Shown here: positions 21,147-25,460 of the stretch, one piece after another
Layout: the number at the start of each line of letters is the position of its first letter
Numbering within the stretch: the first letter of the stretch is position 1
Assembly: GCF_006345805.1 (NCBI RefSeq)
Contig: NW_021836001.1
Location: 1 to 25,460 of the forward strand
Direction of reading: 5' to 3'
Source of the DNA: Octopus sinensis
Taxonomy: Eukaryota
DNA length: 25,460 bases
Translations under genes and position numbers: made by a program
Notes under the pieces: model-generated
The model's database searches: none
Seen by the model: only the letters and a program-made list of their open reading frames with translations
What the model was told of the DNA's origin: nothing

Positions 21147-21674
21147 GTCTTTCTTTCTTTCTTTCTTTCTTTCTTCTTTCCTCCCCTATTCCTTTTGACC
21201 AGTACCATTCTCCTCCTAACATACATATCTATTCTCTTCTCTCTATCTTCTTGTCCCTACCAGTAGGCTCTCAAAATTTCATTCACACCATAAGACCCCT
21301 ATGAATGACAGCACATGGAATTTACGTCTCCACACTATTCACTTATAATAACAAAAATGGAACTCCTATCAGAATCTACATACCATGGACAAGAAGCATT
21401 TCTACCAATCCTACAGAGTACTTTCCTTGGATAATGGAACTGCATCTGTAACATCCTATCTCTTATTTCCCATTATACCACCTATATCCATCATTTTCCG
21501 AAATAACTCCTTATATTGAACTATACTATTTCCCTCTAGCTAACTCCCTCATATCGTCTCTGTTGAAGGAATATCCCTAGTATTCCAGAAACAGATGTAA
21601 GACTAACTTTCTCTTTATAAATGTCCTATAAATTCCACACAGCCTTGGCTTCGTTGCCTCATTTTGTTTAACAT
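20878..21674. mobile_element. About 800-bp non-autonomous element with about 56-bp terminal inverted repeats
   Basis: ATGTTAAATAAAATGAGACAACAAAGCCAAGGCTGCGCGAAATTTATAGGATATTT (20878-20933) versus the reverse complement of 21619-21674, with about 7 mismatches. Confidence 0.75.
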
Positions 21675-21676
21675 AT

Positions 21677-21712
<36 letters not shown>

Positions 21713-21945
21713 TATATAAATATATGAAACCTTAGCGACTGAAGAAGGGGATTTTTCGTTGTGCTTATTGTCCTGTATCTCTTTTTTTGCTTGTCTTGTT
21801 CCTTGGTTTGTGTCTATGTTTTTCGTCTCTCTATGTGTTCGACGTCTTTTTGGAGTCCTGTACACATATATGCGTGTATATGTACATGTAGAGGTAGGTA
21901 CGTACATATATATTTATATATATGCATATGTTCTATTTTATTAAC

Positions 21946-21976
<31 letters not shown>

Positions 21977-22038
21977 CACATATATGCGATATGTGAAGAA
22001 GGAATTTGTATATTCCAAAATATTATATCATATCAGAC

Positions 22039-22079
<41 letters not shown>

Positions 22080-22206
22080 TTTTGTATCTTTTCATTCTTC
22101 TTGCTCGTTTACGTTCTGCTAAATTTTCTTGAGAACATTCTCTTCTTAAGACCATAAAGAATTGACTTCTAGCATATAGATGTACACTTAGTGAGTGGTC
22201 ATCCAT

Positions 22207-22262
<56 letters not shown>

Positions 22263-23517
22263 TGCACATATGAGTAGAGGACGTCACCAACGGTGCAAAT
22301 AACACACACGATGTGGACAGTAATTACAAGACAAAAGCGAGTGAAATACATAAATAACGAGAAAAAATAGAAAACGGGACAAGTTAACATAGTATAAGAG
22401 CTGTTCATCAGTTGTCGATTGACTATCTTAATCATTTCGAGCATTATTCAAACGACATTATAAATCTTGAAAGACAGTATATATATATATACACATATAT
22501 ATATGTATACATATATATATGTATGTATATATATGTATGTTTATATTTATGTATATATTTGTGTACTATCAAGTTTATATATATAAATTCGTATGTGTGT
22601 GGAAGGCTGGGGTGTTCGCATTCATACATACACACACACACATACACGCTCACATATATACACACATGGAGTGTATAAATATATGCTGGTGTGTTTCTCT
22701 ATCGAAACCCAGCCTCTCTCTGATACCGATATTGAAACGGAGCAGTGGAGGGTATTTGGTGGGGTGGGGGTGGGGGTAGGGGCTCCAGCGAGGGACTTGG
22801 TTTCAGATATATTTTTTTAGAGTAATCGAAAAATATTTCGTAACGAACTTCAAACCTTGGATCTTCAATGAATATATGCAAATGAGGTGTTTGTGTGCCT
22901 GTGGGTGCTGAAGGAGGTGGTGGCGGCATTGTTGCTGTTGCCGGTGGTGGTGGTGGTGGCGGAGATGATTCACAGTAGTTGATAATCTTGGATGCTGACT
23001 TGTTTGTGATGCAGAGCACACATGTGTACACACGCGCGCACGCATAAATAAATACATCCAGACAAGAATATATGCTTGTATACATACATACATTTATATA
23101 TGAATATATAAATATATATATGTATATGTATATATACACACACAAACATGCACACACACAAACATGCACACACACAAACACACGCACACACAAATATATA
23201 TATATATATACATAAACATAGTGTGTATATGTATGTGTTTTCATATATAAGTACTCGTATATATATAAATATTTATATCGATATATCAAAATCTATCTGT
23301 CTGTCTGCATGTACGTATATATATATATATAGAGAGAGAGTTTCTGAGTCCAACTAAGTGCTCGTAATTCAAACGTTCAATCTTTATAAAAAGACAAAAA
23401 AAAACTTAAGAAAATATATCTCAGAAATAAAAGAGTATATATTTATATATGTATGTATATATTTCTACGCACACACATGTATAAAAGATAATACTAGACA
23501 ATACTAGAGCACACACA

Positions 23518-23588
<71 letters not shown>

Positions 23589-23674
23589 GTATGTGCATGT
23601 GTACGAGTGCGCGTGTGTATTACATGCATATAATTATATAGGAAGGACTGTATGCATATATCTGCATGTATGTA

Positions 23675-23717
<43 letters not shown>

Positions 23718-23770
23718 TATATATCTATCTCTATATACCTATCTATATATCTATTATATATATATATATA

Positions 23771-23814
<44 letters not shown>

Positions 23815-23916
23815 GATAGACAGAGATGGAGATATATATATAAAACTATCCATCTATCTATCTCTGAATACATATACATATACGTGTTTTAATACATTCA
23901 CGCTTTAGTCGGATGA

Positions 23917-24123
23917 GACTATTTCGCAAGCAAAATATTCATAAAATGCAGACATAAAGGGAGACAATCCACATTTTCACTGGATTCCGATTGCGACATA
24001 ACCCGTTACAATCTAGTATTCCGCCATTACGATGAAAGCATTCGAAGACTGTTGATTGCCGCAGAGAACGCTCCCGCATGTGGAGACGAACCCTTCTACA
24101 ACATGGCAATAGCGAACGCGTAA
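23917..24123 (+). other. Candidate terminal coding exon of an unidentified host gene
   Basis: Stop-free frame in unique, GC-balanced sequence: DYFASKIFIKCRHKGRQSTFSLDSDCDITRYNLVFRHYDESIRRLLIAAENAPACGDEPFYNMAIANA*. Possible acceptors at TGCAG (23947-23951) or CTAG (24013-24016). No ATG start, protein not recognised. Confidence 0.35.
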
Positions 24124-24717
24124 TTAGCCAATGAATGCAGTTAATTTCTCGCCAATTGCTACATATCGCCGATCTTAAAAAATACCTTCCGTACTTACAC
24201 TTCTTTCCATGTTCTTTCTTTCGTTTCTTTTTCTTGTTTGCTTGTTTGTTTGTTTGATGTTTTCTGTATTTATTTTTCCTTTAGTCTTGTTTCTTTTTTT
24301 TTCTTTTCCGTGCCCCTCCCTCCTCAATCCTTCTCTGTTAAGTCTCAATCTCTGTTAATTCTGATTTTTCCTTGCATTTTGCCTTGATCCCTTCTTACCG
24401 TTTGTTCCCTTCCTCTTATCTGTTACATAGACATATATCCTCCCTCCTTCTATCTTCCCCACTCTTCTCTCTCCCTCCCCATTGCTTCTCCCGATATGCA
24501 TTACACCTACTCACACACACACACACAAACATACACACATTCTCATACACACATACATACACACGCGAGCACATAAATTAATACATGGATATGCTTGAAT
24601 GTTATATACGCAAGTCCATGCATATGTACGAACATATATACGAACATATATATATATATATATGTACGAACATATATATATATATATATACTTTATTTTA
24701 AGCAGCAGAAAATTCAA

Positions 24718-24767
24718 CAAAATCTGTTACTCTGAGTTTCTCGTTGCCGTTCATCAGACAGTTTTTG
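24718..24767 (-). ncRNA. Minimal type I hammerhead ribozyme HHR5
   Basis: Minus strand: CAAAA-A-CTGT-CTGATGA-ACG-GCAA-CGA-GAAA-CTC-A-GAG-TA^ACAG-A-TTTTG. Stem I 9/10 bp, GNRA-capped stem II with an A-A closing mismatch, quasi-palindromic stem III, GUA triplet. Confidence 0.75.
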
Positions 24768-25460
24768 CTAGAATGGAACTTATATATTAATTCAATCTAT
24801 ACTCTTACAAACGCTACACCTTTAAAAAGAAAGGACTTGTTTGATGGCCCTTTAGAAAAAACGGTCAATCTTCGAGCGATAAACAAAAAGGTCAAAAATA
24901 TATGTATATATATATAAAAAAAACTTATAAAAATTATAAAATCCGAGGAAAAAAACCGAGGAAAAACCCTATTGCCGTTAATGAAGACAGTACAAATTAA
25001 TGCATAGAAATTAAACTGTTATAAATACTGCAATACATATTTATATTAAAATCCACATATATATATCAACATACACAAAAGGATGCGCCTAACGTCATAC
25101 ATACATATACAGACGTATGAATATGAATCTAAATTATACACATAAAAGCATGTGTACATATATTCACGCAAACCGCCTCGCACGCAAGCTAAAATTCATC
25201 TATGTAGCAATTCTCATATACTGAGCAAGGAGGGGGAACGAAAGAAAGGGGAGAGAGAAAAAAAAGGAACGAAGGAGGGGTGGGGAAAAAACTTGTAGCG
25301 ATGTTATTGGGTATCTATAGAGGCCAGTATACTTACACAAGTTTGAATTGATACATATACATACCGTCGTGTGTATGCGTGCTTAAGCACAAGCATACTT
25401 TCACTTACACATACACAGATACGCATGCTTACAAATACATATGCTTTGCTATACACAAAC

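Noticed and set aside
21732-21790. CTGAAGA-AGGGGA...TCCT on the + strand next to (TA)n
   Set aside because: No GAAA, stem III or NUH downstream; at most a truncated remnant. If it proved a real HHR it would weaken the strand-bias observation.
22380-22445. CTGATGA on the minus strand with an upstream GCTC-GAAA (type II-like order)
   Set aside because: Stems I and III cannot be formed.
22761-22783. G-quadruplex-like GGGGTGGGGGTGGGGGTAGGGG
   Set aside because: Real motif but expected in a window so rich in simple repeats; no supporting context.

Overview
AT-rich eukaryotic DNA dominated by microsatellites and transposable-element debris. The repeat content suggests an octopus-like cephalopod, but that is inference only. 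I find no intact protein-coding gene, and almost all ORF-track entries are translations of simple repeats. Recognisable coding remnants are a dead Tc1 (DD34E) transposase, a Penelope-like GIY-YIG endonuclease fragment, an internally deleted R4/Dong-type RT-RLE LINE, an RTE-like LINE 3' end and a Tigger/pogo transposase fragment. There are also about ten tRNA-derived SINE copies from three families. The most striking signal is a set of type I hammerhead ribozyme (HHR) motifs on the minus strand: four well formed, one degenerate and one relic. They lie in at least four unrelated non-coding elements, each embedded in (TA)n. Two of these elements are partial head-to-tail dimers, and in one the two ribozyme cleavage sites are 464 nt apart, immediately next to the Penelope endonuclease fragment. 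This resembles a Penelope-dependent, retrozyme-like system. All folds were worked out by hand and none has been tested.
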